Assembly (NCBI GenBank): GCA_963767925.1 | Contig: CAVYGB010000008.1 | Span: forward strand, 1,952,001 to 2,016,000 | DNA length: 64,000 nt | Direction of reading: 5' to 3' | From: an uncultured delta proteobacterium | GTDB lineage: Bacteria > Myxococcota_A > Polyangia > Fen-1088 | In this document: positions 21,508 to 33,902 of the stretch, in pieces | Layout of the letters: the number at the start of each line of letters is the position of its first letter | Position numbering within the stretch: position 1 is the stretch's first letter | Notes under the pieces: generated by a model | Seen by the model: the letters and a program-made list of their open reading frames with translations, nothing else | Told to the model about the DNA's origin: nothing | The model's database searches: none | Position numbers and translations under genes: made by a program

Positions 21508-22162
21508 TCGGCGTTCCTCCCAGAATGAAGTCCACGTCGGCCGGGACCGGTCGCCCCGCCGCCCGGCGCTCGCTGGCGTAGTCCGCCACCATCCGCCTCA
21601 GCTCGGCGTTGTTCCGCTCGGGCAGGCCCCGCACGCGCGCGAGGGGCAGGCCGTTGAAGAGGGCCTTCATGACGAGCTGGTTGAAGGCGAGCTCCGGCAT
21701 GTGGCGCGCGGGGAACGGGTTGTCGCAGGCGAGCGCCTCCAGCACCGACACCGCGTTCGTCCGCACCGCGTCAGCGGCGAGCGCTGCGTACCGCGCCGGC
21801 TCCGGCAGGTAGGCGAGCACCCGCACCACCGCCTGCTGCTCGCGCAGCTCACCTTGAGCGTAGAGGTCGCTCACCGCCTCGGCGGTGGTCCCGGTCGCCG
21901 CCAGCAGCAGCAGGGCCCGGCCGACCTCGTCCAGCCCCCACCCCAGGGGCTGGAAGGGGACCGCCGGATCGGCCAGCGTCCCGCCCTCCGCGCTCGGCGC
22001 GATCGACTTGCCGAGCCGCCGGCCACACGCGCTCCAGGCCACGGCGAACGCCTCGTTACCGATACCCGTGCGGCGGGCACTTGCCAGCGCGCTCTCGTAC
22101 CAGGTTCGGGTGTCGCCCGACAGAAGGCCGGTCAACCAGTCTTGCAGCGGCAACAGGGACAC
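21494..22162 (-). CDS. eboA: EboA domain protein
   Basis: GELREQQAVVRVL, DAVRTN, NPFPARH, AFNQLVMKALF and YASERRAAGRPVP motifs. Confidence 0.88.
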   Translation of the reverse strand: MSLLPLQDWLTGLLSGDTRTWYESALASARRTGIGNEAFAVAWSACGRRLGKSIAPSAEGGTLADPAVPFQPLGWGLDEVGRALLLLAATGTTAEAVSDLYAQGELREQQAVVRVLAYLPEPARYAALAADAVRTNAVSVLEALACDNPFPARHMPELAFNQLVMKALFNGLPLARVRGLPERNNAELRRMVADYASERRAAGRPVPADVDFILGGTPNAPV

Positions 22163-22190
22163 GGCCGCCTAGTACTACTACGTCGGAGCA

Positions 22191-22250
22191 AATAAAAAAG
22201 GGAGAAACAGGGCGGGGCCGCCTCCGGCTCCCTCCCCGTTCCTCCCTTTG
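22191..22250 (-). terminator. Probable intrinsic terminator after sigma factor gene
   Basis: Long imperfect inverted repeat (AAAGGGAG...CTCCCTTT) followed by a T-run on the minus strand. Confidence 0.55.
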
Positions 22251-22288
22251 CTGCCGATCCTTCCGCCCCAGAGGGCGGGGCGCGCGAC

Positions 22289-23878
<1,590 letters not shown>

Positions 23879-24140
23879 TCCTTTTTTGCGCTCCGGAGCA
23901 CGTTTCGTGCCCGCATACCTACTACGGCCGCCAGCCCGGAAATATTCCTATTGGCGCCACTGAGATAGATGCTCAAATCCTCTCATCGGTCACACGCCTC
24001 CACTCATTGAGTCGCGGGACCCACGTCCCGTTAGACACCCTTGAAATAAGTTTTGGTGTCGACCTTCGTCGGCGGCAGCGGGGAGGGAGCCCTAAATGCT
24101 CCTGGGCTGCGTCGACGCCGGGCCCCCGGCAAGAGTGGCG

Positions 24141-25589
24141 TCAGTCGGCCGGGCGCTCGCAAAGCATGATGACGCTTCGCGACGTAGACCCGAAGAAGTA
24201 ACCCTGGGTGGCAACGCCGCCCGACACCTCGAGCACGCGGAACCCCGCCTGGCGAAGGAGCTTTCCGATCTCGTGCAGGCTGTAGGCGCGGATGGACATG
24301 TCGTGCTCGACCTGGCGGCCGTCCTGAAACACCACCGACCGGCGCACCGTCAGCCGACTCGTCTGGTAATTGAAGTCGACTTCCTCCAGGACCACACATC
24401 CTTCCCCCTCCCACCACACCCGTGTGGGCAACCCGGACACGATGTAGTCCCGGTTGATGGTGTCGACGAGGAAGCGCCCGCCGGGCCGCAACGCGCGACA
24501 GATGCTCGACGCTACCTTGAGGTTGGCCTCCTCGTCGAAGTACCCGAAGGAGGTGAGGAAGCTGTAGGCGCCATCGAACTGGTTCTCGAAGGCCATCTCG
24601 CGCATGTCGGCGTGTACGAAATTCACCGACAGCGCCCGCCGCTGCGACTCGTCGGCGGCCCGGATCAGGAGCGGCAGGGAGAGGTCGATCCCCGTCACCC
24701 GGTAGCCGCCCTGCCCGAGCTCGATGGCGTGGCGGCCATAGCCGCAGCCGACGTCCAGGATCTCGCCGTCGGAGGGTGGCCGCAGCGACTGCTTGATGAA
24801 CGCCACCTCGCGCAGGGTCTGGTCGGGCGTCATGAACGGAAGCGTGCGCAGGTAGTCCTCGTCGAACGCCTCCTCGAACCAGGGCTTGAGCCGCTTGCGG
24901 CGCGGGCGCTGCGAGAGCGCCTCCGCCCAGGTCGCGCCCGGCTGCAGGAAGGGATGAACCGGGGCGGGCGCGGGCGCAGCCGCCGCTGGCGAGACGGTCG
25001 CCGGCGCCGGCGCCGCGGCCGACAGCACCGGGGACCCGGCCGCCGGCGTCGCCCGCGGGCGGTTGCTCCGCTTGGGTGGTGCAGGCGGCAAGGCCGAGGG
25101 CCGGCCGCCCGCCGAGGCCACCAGGCGCTCTGCGGCGGCTTCGCCGTCGGGCGAGAGCCGGGCCATCGCCGGGGCACGGGCCTCGAGCCGGGTGGGCGGT
25201 GGGATCGGCCGCCGGGGCTTCGAGGGAGCGGCGGGGCGTTCCCCCTCGACGACCGGGGCCGGGGTTGGCGCCGAGTCCTCCTCGAACAGGGCGTCCGGCT
25301 CGGCGAACTCCACCTCCTCGACCGGCAAGGGCACGGTGCCCTCCTCCGCCATGGCGCTGGCCGGCTGGGCCGACCAGGGCTTGATCTGTGCCCCGAGCGC
25401 CGGACCGTTGGCGGCCCGCTCCGATCCGCCCGGCTGGGGCAGGCCCTTGACCACCGGGGACCGCGCCTCGAGAGGAATGATCTCCGGGGTCGGGGTGGCG
25501 GGTTCCAGGGTCACATCGGGTGGAGGGGTGATCGGTTCCTGAACGCCCAGCCCGGTTGCGGTCGGCGGAGGATTGGGCGTCTTCGGCAT
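24141..25589 (-). CDS. Class I SAM-dependent methyltransferase with long Pro/Ala-rich N-terminus
   Basis: [17 protein letters not shown] and SFGYF motifs; ATG at 25589. Confidence 0.85.
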   Translation of the reverse strand: MPKTPNPPPTATGLGVQEPITPPPDVTLEPATPTPEIIPLEARSPVVKGLPQPGGSERAANGPALGAQIKPWSAQPASAMAEEGTVPLPVEEVEFAEPDALFEEDSAPTPAPVVEGERPAAPSKPRRPIPPPTRLEARAPAMARLSPDGEAAAERLVASAGGRPSALPPAPPKRSNRPRATPAAGSPVLSAAAPAPATVSPAAAAPAPAPVHPFLQPGATWAEALSQRPRRKRLKPWFEEAFDEDYLRTLPFMTPDQTLREVAFIKQSLRPPSDGEILDVGCGYGRHAIELGQGGYRVTGIDLSLPLLIRAADESQRRALSVNFVHADMREMAFENQFDGAYSFLTSFGYFDEEANLKVASSICRALRPGGRFLVDTINRDYIVSGLPTRVWWEGEGCVVLEEVDFNYQTSRLTVRRSVVFQDGRQVEHDMSIRAYSLHEIGKLLRQAGFRVLEVSGGVATQGYFFGSTSRSVIMLCERPAD

Positions 25590-25597
25590 GGCCTCCC

Positions 25598-26476
25598 TCA
25601 GCTCCGCGCGCGCAGTCGGCCGACCGGAGCACCCATACGTGTCGTCGCCCCCCGCTCGAAGCGATCGAGGGACACCGAGCCCGGCTCGAAGACGATGATC
25701 GTCGTCGATCCGAGGTTGAAGATCCCGAGCTCGTCGCCTCGTGCGATTGGCACGGGTTCGGCGAAGTGCTTGTGCCGGACGTTCCCCCGGGAGAAGCCGT
25801 TGCCGTGGGTGGAGACCTCCGGATCGTAGCTGGCCGTGATGTGACCGACCCCGACGGCGGCCACCATCACCACGGCACACAGCCCGGCCGGCCCCTCGAT
25901 CACGGTGACGAAGCGTTCGTTCTTGCTGAACAGGCCCGGCTCGCGGGCCACGCTCCGGTCGTTGACCGGAAACAGCCGGCCCGGCACATGATGCCACGCA
26001 ACAACCTTGCCCCCCACGGGGGCATGGACACGGTGGTAGTCCCTCGGCGAGAGGTAGGTCGCGAGGTAGGCACCGCCCTCCAGCCGCCTGGCTGCCTCTC
26101 CGTCGGCCAGGAGGTCGGCCAGAGTGAAACCGGCGTCCTTGGCGTCGAGGAGGTGCCCGGTCGTGACCGTGCCCCCCTCGATGACGGTTCCGTCGGCCGT
26201 GGAGACGACCACATGTGGGTCGGACGGCAGCGGACGGGCACCGGGGCGCAGGCGCCGGGTGAAGAACTCCTGCAGCCCGCTGTATTGCTCGAGGGGCTTC
26301 TCCGCCTCGCCAACATCGATGCCGTACTGGCTGGCGAACCGGCGCAAGAAGGCCCCCCGCAGCGAAGCGGGGAGCGAGCGGGTCGCACCCCATCCGATGA
26401 TCTGCGACAGGGCCCTCTGGGGCGTCATCCGCCAGGCGGAGCGAGCCATGCGCTCGCCGAAAGAAAGGGTGGACAT
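25598..26476 (-). CDS. psd: Phosphatidylserine decarboxylase proenzyme
   Basis: [19 protein letters not shown] and the FNLGST autocleavage motif. Confidence 0.92.
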   Translation of the reverse strand: MSTLSFGERMARSAWRMTPQRALSQIIGWGATRSLPASLRGAFLRRFASQYGIDVGEAEKPLEQYSGLQEFFTRRLRPGARPLPSDPHVVVSTADGTVIEGGTVTTGHLLDAKDAGFTLADLLADGEAARRLEGGAYLATYLSPRDYHRVHAPVGGKVVAWHHVPGRLFPVNDRSVAREPGLFSKNERFVTVIEGPAGLCAVVMVAAVGVGHITASYDPEVSTHGNGFSRGNVRHKHFAEPVPIARGDELGIFNLGSTTIIVFEPGSVSLDRFERGATTRMGAPVGRLRARS

Positions 26477-26550
26477 GCGGAATTCTCCGCTCGAAAGGCG
26501 GGCATTTGACTTTAGGCCACCGGGCGACCGGCGTCAAAGGAAGCGGAGAG

Positions 26551-26588
26551 CAAAAGCAAAACGGCGAGCCGGAGATCCGGCTCGCCGT
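26551..26588 (-). terminator. Rho-independent terminator of glnA
   Basis: Perfect stem ACGGCGAGCCGGA/TCCGGCTCGCCGT followed by TTTGCTTTTG on the minus strand. Confidence 0.8.
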
Positions 26589-26644
26589 CACTTCAGGCGC
26601 GTTGGTCGCGAGGTAGGAGCGAGGTGCTCGTCCCCCGGAGGGAC

Positions 26645-28062
26645 CTAGTTGTCGAAGTAGAGCGCGAACTCGAGCGTGGTCGGCCGCAGGCGGGCCGGCT
26701 TGATCTCGTTCTCCTCTTTCCAGTCGACCCAGGCGTCGATCACGTCCTGGGTGAACACGTCGCCCTTGCGCAGGAAGGTGTGGTTCTTGCGGAGGTTTCC
26801 GATGGACTCCTCGAGCGAGCCGGGCGCCTTGGGCACGTCCTTGAGCTCCTCGGGCGACAGGGCGTAGATGTCCTTGTCGAGCGGCTGGCCGGGGTTGGCC
26901 TTGGTCTGGATGCCGTCGAGGCCCGCCATCAACATGGCGGGGAACGCCAGGTAGGGGTTGGTGGTCGGATCGGGGCAACGGAACTCCAGGCGCTTGGCCT
27001 TCGGCGAGGCCCCGCTGACGGGGATACGCACCGACGCCGACCGGTTGCGCGAGGAGTAGGCCAGGTTGACCGGCGCCTCGTAGCCCGGGACCAGACGACG
27101 GTAGCTGTTCAGGCCGGGGTTGGTGATGGCCAGGAACGACGGGAGCGTGCTTGAGCAGGCCGCCGATGTAGTTGAGCGCCAGGTCCGACAGACCGGCGTA
27201 CTTGTCACCGGCGAAGAGGTTCTTCTCGTCCTTCCAGATCGACTGGTGACAGTGCATGCCCGAGCCGTTGTCGCCGAAGATCGGCTTCGGCATGAACGTC
27301 GCGACCTTGCCGTGGCGGCGGGCGATGTTCTTGACGATGTACTTGTACCACATGGTCCAGTCGGCCATCTTGACCAGGCGAGTTGAAGCGCATCGACAGC
27401 TCGCACTGACCGCCGCTGGCGACCTCGTGATGGTGCACCTCGACCGGGATGCCCGACCGCCTCGAGCGTCAGCGACATCTCGTTGCGGATGTCGGTCAGC
27501 GTGTCGGTCGGCGGCACCGGGAAGTAACCGCCCTTGAAGGCCGGCTTGTAACCCAGGTTCGGGCCCTCGGCGCTGCCAGCGTTCCAGCGGCCTTCGGCCG
27601 AGTCGATCGTGTAAAAGGAGGTATTCGGACCCTCGGAGAAGCGGACGTCGTCGAAGATGAAGAACTCGGGCTCCGGGCCGAAGTAGGCCGTGTCGCCGAT
27701 CCCGGTCTGCTTCAGGTACTGCTCGGCCTTGCGGGCGATGTAGCGAGGGTCTCGGCTGTACGGCTGGCGGGTGACCGCATCCACGATGTCGCAGATCAGC
27801 GACAACGTGGGCTGGGCGAAGAACGGATCCATCACGGCGGTGGTCGAGTCGGGGATGAAGACCATGTCCGACTCGTTGATGGCCTTCCATCCGCGAATCG
27901 AGCTGCCGTCGAAGCCGAAGCCCTCGCTGAACGAGTCCTCCTGCCAGCTTCTGCGATCGGCATCGTCGTGTGCTGCCAGATCCCGAGCATGTCGACGAAC
28001 TTGAAGTCGACGAACTTGGCCCCATTCTTCTCTGCGAACTTCAGTGCTTCGGCTGGTGTCAT
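26645..28062 (-). CDS. glnA: Type I glutamine synthetase (several frameshifts in this sequence)
   Basis: Across frames: [65 protein letters not shown] and RLEFRCPD. Confidence 0.93.
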
Positions 28063-28179
28063 GGCTCCTTCTCCTCCTTGGACCACACTATCGCAAAGGC
28101 CTGGCGCGGGAACGCGAGCGAGCGAGCGGGGCGCCCGCTTCCGTCACGGGAGAACGAACCAGGCCGGGTCACGTCTTGC

Positions 28180-28707
<528 letters not shown>

Positions 28708-28832
28708 TTAAATGGCCAAAAACACAGAGCACTTTTCCTTCGCCGCAGGAGGACACCCCGGACCCGCAATTTGTTTGCAGGGGAGATATTCCTGTGTTAC
28801 TAGCCGGACGTTCGGGGTTTCCGAAGGCACGT

Positions 28833-29870
28833 ATGGACTTCATGTTTGAGGACGAAGTCGATGAAGTCGGCTCTGACGTCGAGGCCTATTGCCCCAAGTG
28901 CAAGGCCGATACGACGCATGTAGTTATTTCCAAATACGAGGAGGAGATCCGCAGGGTTCAATGCAACCCCTGCGGGGACGTGCACTCCTTCCGCAAGCCG
29001 CGGGGTGAAGCCGAGGACGACGTCCCGGAGCCTGTTGCAGCGCGCAAACGCGCGATGTTGAAAAAACCTGGCTGGGAGGAGTTCTTCGCCCGCCGGTCCC
29101 CGAACGACGCCAAGCCCTACGAGTTTCGCGAGGCGTACCGGGAGAACATCATTGTTCACCACCCGAAGTTCGGGGTGGGCTTCGTCTCGGAGGTCGTCTC
29201 GGACAGCAAGGTCGAGATCACTTTCCAGGACGCGCGCCGGATCCTCGTGCACAACCGGCGGGACATTCCCGGGCTGCCCCTCGCCGCCGAGGGCGACGGG
29301 ATGCCCACCCCCAGCAAGGGGGCGAACGCGGCCAAAGAAGCGGCCCGCGAGGCTGCCAAGGAGGCCGCGCGCGAGGCGACCCGGGAGGCCCGCGAGTCGG
29401 CCCGGGAAGCTGCCCGCGAGGCTGCTCGGGAGGCGGCCGCCCGCGAGGGCGCCGGCGCCAAGGACGCGAGCAGCAAGGACGCCGGTGGCGGCAAGGACGC
29501 CGCCAGGGACAGCGGCAAAGAAGGTGGCAAGGACGCCGGCAAGGAAAGCAGCAAGGAGCCGAAGGCGGCAGCCAAGGCCGCTGCCAGGCCCGCTCCGCTC
29601 GCCAAGGCCCCGGCGCCCGCGCCGAAAGCCCCACCCCCCGCACCCAAGGCCCCGCCCCCTCCCGTGAAGGAAGCGGCCCGCCCGGTTGCCAAGGAAGCCG
29701 CCAAGCCTGCTCCCGCCGCCAAGGGCAAGCCGATGCGACCGGCCGTGGCGGTGAAGGCCGCCAAGGCAGCCGCGCCTCGCGGCGGCAAGGCCACGGGCAA
29801 GACCGCCGCCAAGTCGGCTGCCAAGAAGCCAGCGCCGAAGGCCAAGAAGAAGGCCGGCAAGAAGCACTAG
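28833..29870 (+). CDS. Hypothetical protein: Zn ribbon + Tudor-like domain + EAAR helix + Lys/Ala/Pro-rich histone-H1-like tail
   Basis: CPKC...CNPC; HHPKFGVGFVSEV..KVEITF; C-terminal PAPKA/KAAK-type repeats. Confidence 0.8.
   Translation: MDFMFEDEVDEVGSDVEAYCPKCKADTTHVVISKYEEEIRRVQCNPCGDVHSFRKPRGEAEDDVPEPVAARKRAMLKKPGWEEFFARRSPNDAKPYEFREAYRENIIVHHPKFGVGFVSEVVSDSKVEITFQDARRILVHNRRDIPGLPLAAEGDGMPTPSKGANAAKEAAREAAKEAAREATREARESAREAAREAAREAAAREGAGAKDASSKDAGGGKDAARDSGKEGGKDAGKESSKEPKAAAKAAARPAPLAKAPAPAPKAPPPAPKAPPPPVKEAARPVAKEAAKPAPAAKGKPMRPAVAVKAAKAAAPRGGKATGKTAAKSAAKKPAPKAKKKAGKKH
29337..29447 (+). repeat. Degenerate 12-bp tandem repeat encoding (EAAR/K)n
   Basis: Translation EAAREAAKEAAREATREARESAREAAREAAREAAARE. 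Confidence 0.75.
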
Positions 29871-29996
29871 CCGGCCCAGCCAGGCAGCAGGGGCCAACCG
29901 AGGCCTCGCGACCCAGCTTGGTGGCTGTGCTGCTGACGCCAGCCGAGCAGCCGGGAGGGAGCCTGAGGCCGGAGCCCGGCCTCGCTGGACGTGGTG

Positions 29997-30707
29997 CTAG
30001 CGAATCAGCAGCACGTAGACGTCGTAGAGCGCGTGCGTGTAGACGGCCACCGCGAGGCCGCGGAGCGAGAACAGCAGGCCGAAGAAGACGCCGGCCAGGG
30101 CGCGGAAGGTGAAGATGTCTACCTTCAGCGGATCGCCGTAAGGGGGGATGTGGTGGGCGGCGGAGAAGGCCAGGGACGACACGACGAGCGCGACCGCCAG
30201 CGAGGGCCAGCGGCCCCAGCCGAAGACCTTGTCCCCGATGTAGGCCAGGCCGCCCAGCAGGCCCAGCCGGAAGACCAGCTCCTCGTAGACGCCGGCGCCC
30301 AGAGACATCACCAGCCGGGCGACGATGCCCTGCTGCTCGATCGCCGCCGATAGGACGGGCGAGATGCCGAAGACCTTCGTCATCACGAGGACGATGAGCG
30401 AGCCCATCGTCAGGGCGTAGATCGTGCTTTCGAGCACGATGGGGACGACGATGCGGGTCTGGAAGGGCTGATGTTGCCGGCGCAAGGCGACCAGGCAGAC
30501 GAGGAACGCGCCCGTCACCACCGCCACGAACATCAGGTACTGGATCTGGGTGAAGCCAAGCTGCCCGAACAGCAGGCCGGACACGAAGTCCGCGCCGTTG
30601 AGCATGGGGTAAGTGACCAGAACCCCGAGCTGATAGATGAGCAGCAGCGGGAAGATGAGGATCAGGTTCGTGAGCAGATTGCGGCTCTGGTCGATGCGCG
30701 GGCTCAT
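29997..30707 (-). CDS. CPBP (CAAX/Abi) family intramembrane protease
   Basis: YEELVFR, FSAAHH and HALYD motifs; multiple TM segments. Confidence 0.9.
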   Translation of the reverse strand: MSPRIDQSRNLLTNLILIFPLLLIYQLGVLVTYPMLNGADFVSGLLFGQLGFTQIQYLMFVAVVTGAFLVCLVALRRQHQPFQTRIVVPIVLESTIYALTMGSLIVLVMTKVFGISPVLSAAIEQQGIVARLVMSLGAGVYEELVFRLGLLGGLAYIGDKVFGWGRWPSLAVALVVSSLAFSAAHHIPPYGDPLKVDIFTFRALAGVFFGLLFSLRGLAVAVYTHALYDVYVLLIR

Positions 30708-33373
30708 GGGCGTTGGGCGGATTTGAAGCGGCCGGCGACCGGCTTACGGGAGCGTTTCGCGGCGGGTCGGACGTCCACGCGAGGGCGGATGATCGCGACC
30801 ACCTCCCTCTCGGGTTGCAGATAGTTCTGAGCGGCGCGACGGAGCTCTGCAAGGCCGACCGCGCGGATCTGGTCGGCGTACTTGCGGTAGGCCTGCCACC
30901 CCTGGCCGTAGGCCTCGTTGAAGACGAGCGCAGCGGCGATCGCGCTCTTGCGTTGCAGCCCGATGGCATGGGTCCCGACCAGGTAGCGCTGGGCCCGCTC
31001 GAGCTCCTCGAGACCGATGCCGGCCTCCGGCTCCGACAGCTTGCGCAGCTCGAGGCGCACGCTGCGTAGAACCTCCTCCACCTGGTCCGGGCTGGTGCTC
31101 ACGTAGATCGCGAAGTAGCCGGGGTCGAGGCCCTCGAGAGAAAACGCGCTGACCCGATAGGCCAGGGCGCGCTTCTCCCGGATCTCGACGAAGAGGCGCC
31201 CGCCCTGCCCGGACAGCACCTGGGCCAGCAGCTCGAGCCGGTAGCGGTCGGGACTCGACAGACTGGCGCCCGGGAACCCCAGCACCACGTGGGCCTGCTC
31301 CCGGGCCAGATAACGCACGGTCTCGCGCGGCGCCAGCACGGGAGGCTCGACGATCCGGGGGGGTGGCGCAACCTTCTGCCCGCCCTCTGCTCGGAGCGAC
31401 GACGAGAGCTGGTGGATGACCTTCTCGGGATCCACGTCGCCCACGATGGCCAGCGTCAGGCCTGCGGGGGTGTAGTGCTGCTTGTAGAACGAGAGCAGCC
31501 GGCGACGCGACAGCGCCCCCAGCGACTCCGCAGTCCCCAGCGGGTCGAGCCGGTAGGGGTGGCGGGTCCAGAGCGCGCCGTGAAAGGTCCGGAAGGCGAC
31601 GTGGGTGAGGTTGTCTCCCTGGGCCCGGAGATCGTCGAGGATGAGCCGGCGCTCGTGATCGATCTCCGACTGGGGGAAAGTGGCGTTCTGCAGGCAGTCG
31701 GTGACCAGCTCGAGGCCCGGCTCCAGGTGGCGGGACAGGAACTCGGCCTGCAGCCCCAGGCTGTTGCGGCCCGAGTAGCCCGAGAGCGCCCCCGCCATCC
31801 CCTCCACCTCGCGCATGAGGGTCTCGGCGTCGCGCGAGCGGGTCCCCCGGGTGAGCAGCGCCGCCGTCAGGTTCGAGATGCCCCCCACCCGCTCGTCTTC
31901 GTAGCGGAGGCCGCCCACCCAGGCCGCGCGCAGGGCGACCACCGGGACCGAGGGATCCCGGAGGATGAGGACCCGGGTGCCGGAGCGAAGGCGGTGCCGG
32001 GTCACCTCCCCGCTGGCCGCAGGCGGCTTCGACCGGGGGCCCCGGCTGGACCGGCCCTCGGCCTTGCCGAGCAGCCCCTCCAGGCGCTGGCGCAGGGCCT
32101 CGGCCCGGGGATCGGCAGCGGGAGCATGACCGTTCGTCGCCGCCGGCGCCGCGGGACCGGGGACCTGGGCGTAGACGCTGAGCGCGGGCACCCGCAGGTA
32201 CCGGGCGGCGACCTCCCGCAGGTCGGAGGGCCGGACCCGGCCCAGCCGCTCGAAGTAGCGCTCCTCGAAGTCCAGGTCTCCGGCGATGGCCGACAGGAAG
32301 CCCAGCTTGCGGGCGTAGCCCTGGACGGTCTCCTTGTCGAAGACCCGCTCGCTCTCGAGGATGGTGCGGCTGCGGGTCAGCTCCTCGGCGCTCACGTCTT
32401 CGCGGGTCAGGCGCAGCGCCTGCTGCAGCAGCCCCTCGGCAGCGGCCGGGACCCGCCCGGGGGGCAGCGACCCCGCCACCACGAACAGCCCGGGGTTGCG
32501 GGCGGCGAAGGTGTAGGCCGAGGCGCTCGTGGTCAGCCGCCGGTTGCGGACGACCTCGAGGTGCAGGCGCGAGCTCTCCCCCTGACCGAGCACGACCGCC
32601 AGCAGGTCGAGGGCGGGGATGTCCTCGTGCTCCACGCCAGGGGCGCGAAAGCCGAACAGGATCTGGCTCTCCTTGACCGGGCGGGTGACCACCCGGACGC
32701 GGGACGACTCCTGCGCGGGCTGGACCGGACGGGGCGGCTCCGGGTGACCCGCCGGCATCGACCCGAAGGCCGCCTCGATCGCGCTCCGGGCCGCGTCGAT
32801 CTCGAAGTCGCCCACCACAACGAAGGTGACGTTGGCGCCCACATAGTGCTGGCGAAAGAAGCCGAGGAGCTGATCGCGGGAGAGCTGCCCGACGGTCTCG
32901 GAGCTGCCGATGATGGGCCGCCCGTACGGGTGCCGGTCGAAGGCGGTCTCGAACAGCCCCTGCGCCGCCATGCGGTCCGGGTCGTCGCGCCCTTGCTTGA
33001 TCTCCTCGATGACCACTTTGCGCTCGCGGTCCAGCTCGTCCGGATCGAAGGCCGAGTTCTGGAGCGTGTCGGCGAGGATGTCGAGACCGGTCCCGAAGAA
33101 CGGGGTGGCGAGGACCACGTGGTAGGCCGTCTCGTCGTAGCTGGTCCAGGCGTTGATCTCGCCGCCGGCGCGCTCGACCTCCTGGGCGATCTTGCCGACA
33201 CCGCGGCGCTCGGTCCCCTTGAACACCATGTGCTCGCAGAGGTGCGAGATGCCGGCCAGCTCGGGCGGCTCGTCGGCGGAGCCGACCTTGACCCAGGCCT
33301 GAAACGCCACCACGGGGGCGGCATGATTTTCCTCGAGGACGACCTCGAGCCCATTGGAGAGACGGAAGTTCAA
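30704..33373 (-). CDS. M16 family zinc protease (pitrilysin-like, tandem domains)
   Basis: GSADE..GISHLCEH (HxxEH), NAWTS and ERKVVIEE motifs. Confidence 0.92.
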   Translation of the reverse strand: MNFRLSNGLEVVLEENHAAPVVAFQAWVKVGSADEPPELAGISHLCEHMVFKGTERRGVGKIAQEVERAGGEINAWTSYDETAYHVVLATPFFGTGLDILADTLQNSAFDPDELDRERKVVIEEIKQGRDDPDRMAAQGLFETAFDRHPYGRPIIGSSETVGQLSRDQLLGFFRQHYVGANVTFVVVGDFEIDAARSAIEAAFGSMPAGHPEPPRPVQPAQESSRVRVVTRPVKESQILFGFRAPGVEHEDIPALDLLAVVLGQGESSRLHLEVVRNRRLTTSASAYTFAARNPGLFVVAGSLPPGRVPAAAEGLLQQALRLTREDVSAEELTRSRTILESERVFDKETVQGYARKLGFLSAIAGDLDFEERYFERLGRVRPSDLREVAARYLRVPALSVYAQVPGPAAPAATNGHAPAADPRAEALRQRLEGLLGKAEGRSSRGPRSKPPAASGEVTRHRLRSGTRVLILRDPSVPVVALRAAWVGGLRYEDERVGGISNLTAALLTRGTRSRDAETLMREVEGMAGALSGYSGRNSLGLQAEFLSRHLEPGLELVTDCLQNATFPQSEIDHERRLILDDLRAQGDNLTHVAFRTFHGALWTRHPYRLDPLGTAESLGALSRRRLLSFYKQHYTPAGLTLAIVGDVDPEKVIHQLSSSLRAEGGQKVAPPPRIVEPPVLAPRETVRYLAREQAHVVLGFPGASLSSPDRYRLELLAQVLSGQGGRLFVEIREKRALAYRVSAFSLEGLDPGYFAIYVSTSPDQVEEVLRSVRLELRKLSEPEAGIGLEELERAQRYLVGTHAIGLQRKSAIAAALVFNEAYGQGWQAYRKYADQIRAVGLAELRRAAQNYLQPEREVVAIIRPRVDVRPAAKRSRKPVAGRFKSAQRP

Positions 33374-33651
33374 AGAGTCCTGGGCTTGGTGGGACCGTCG
33401 GTCGACTACCCCCGGGACGTGGAAACGGGCGGTCGAGATGGACGGTCAGGAGGGGCCGCCGGCGGTCCGGTCAGACTGGTCAGCCCCCTTACCCTAGCAC
33501 GACTGGGCGCAGGCGGTCATCGCCCGTGCGCCGGAGTGCCGCCCCGTTCAGGCGGCGCCCGATGGCCGAAGCGGGCCGCGCGTGGTATTGACACGGAGCC
33601 CCGCCGACCCCTTTACGCTGCGGCTGGCGGGTACAGACGGAGTCCGAGGCC

Positions 33652-33879
33652 ATGGTTCGCGCGTGTCCTATCTGCAAGCGGCCCATCTCGCCAGAAGCGG
33701 CGGAGGGGGTCAACCGGCCTTTTTGCTCGGCCCGTTGCAAGACCATCGATCTCGGCGGGTGGCTCACGGAGGCCTATCGCATCGGCCGCCCGATCGCCGA
33801 GGAAGATCTGGACGAGGGGGTGCCGCGGGAGGGTGGCGTCGAGGATCAGTCGCTGCCGGCCAAGGGAAAGCCGAGTTGA
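33652..33879 (+). CDS. yacG: DNA gyrase inhibitor YacG
   Basis: CPIC...RPFCSARCKTIDLGGWLTEAYRI. Confidence 0.9.
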   Translation: MVRACPICKRPISPEAAEGVNRPFCSARCKTIDLGGWLTEAYRIGRPIAEEDLDEGVPREGGVEDQSLPAKGKPS

Positions 33880-33902
33880 AGCGAGCAAGGTAAACTCTAG
33901 CG

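Noticed and set aside
24141..28025. 1294-aa ORF apparently fusing glnA, psd and methyltransferase regions
   Set aside because: A chance open frame in high-GC DNA joined by glnA indels. Only its last ~480 aa and a short glnA segment are real coding sequence.
26645..28062. glnA broken by several frameshifts (pseudogene or programmed frameshifting?)
   Set aside because: All catalytic motifs are intact across frames, and the same single-base indel pattern affects PP2C and eboB/C/F. Sequencing/assembly error is the simplest explanation; read mapping would confirm.
29337..29870. Repeats as a possible CRISPR or non-coding array
   Set aside because: They are in-frame codon repeats of a low-complexity protein, with no repeat-spacer structure and no cas genes in the window.
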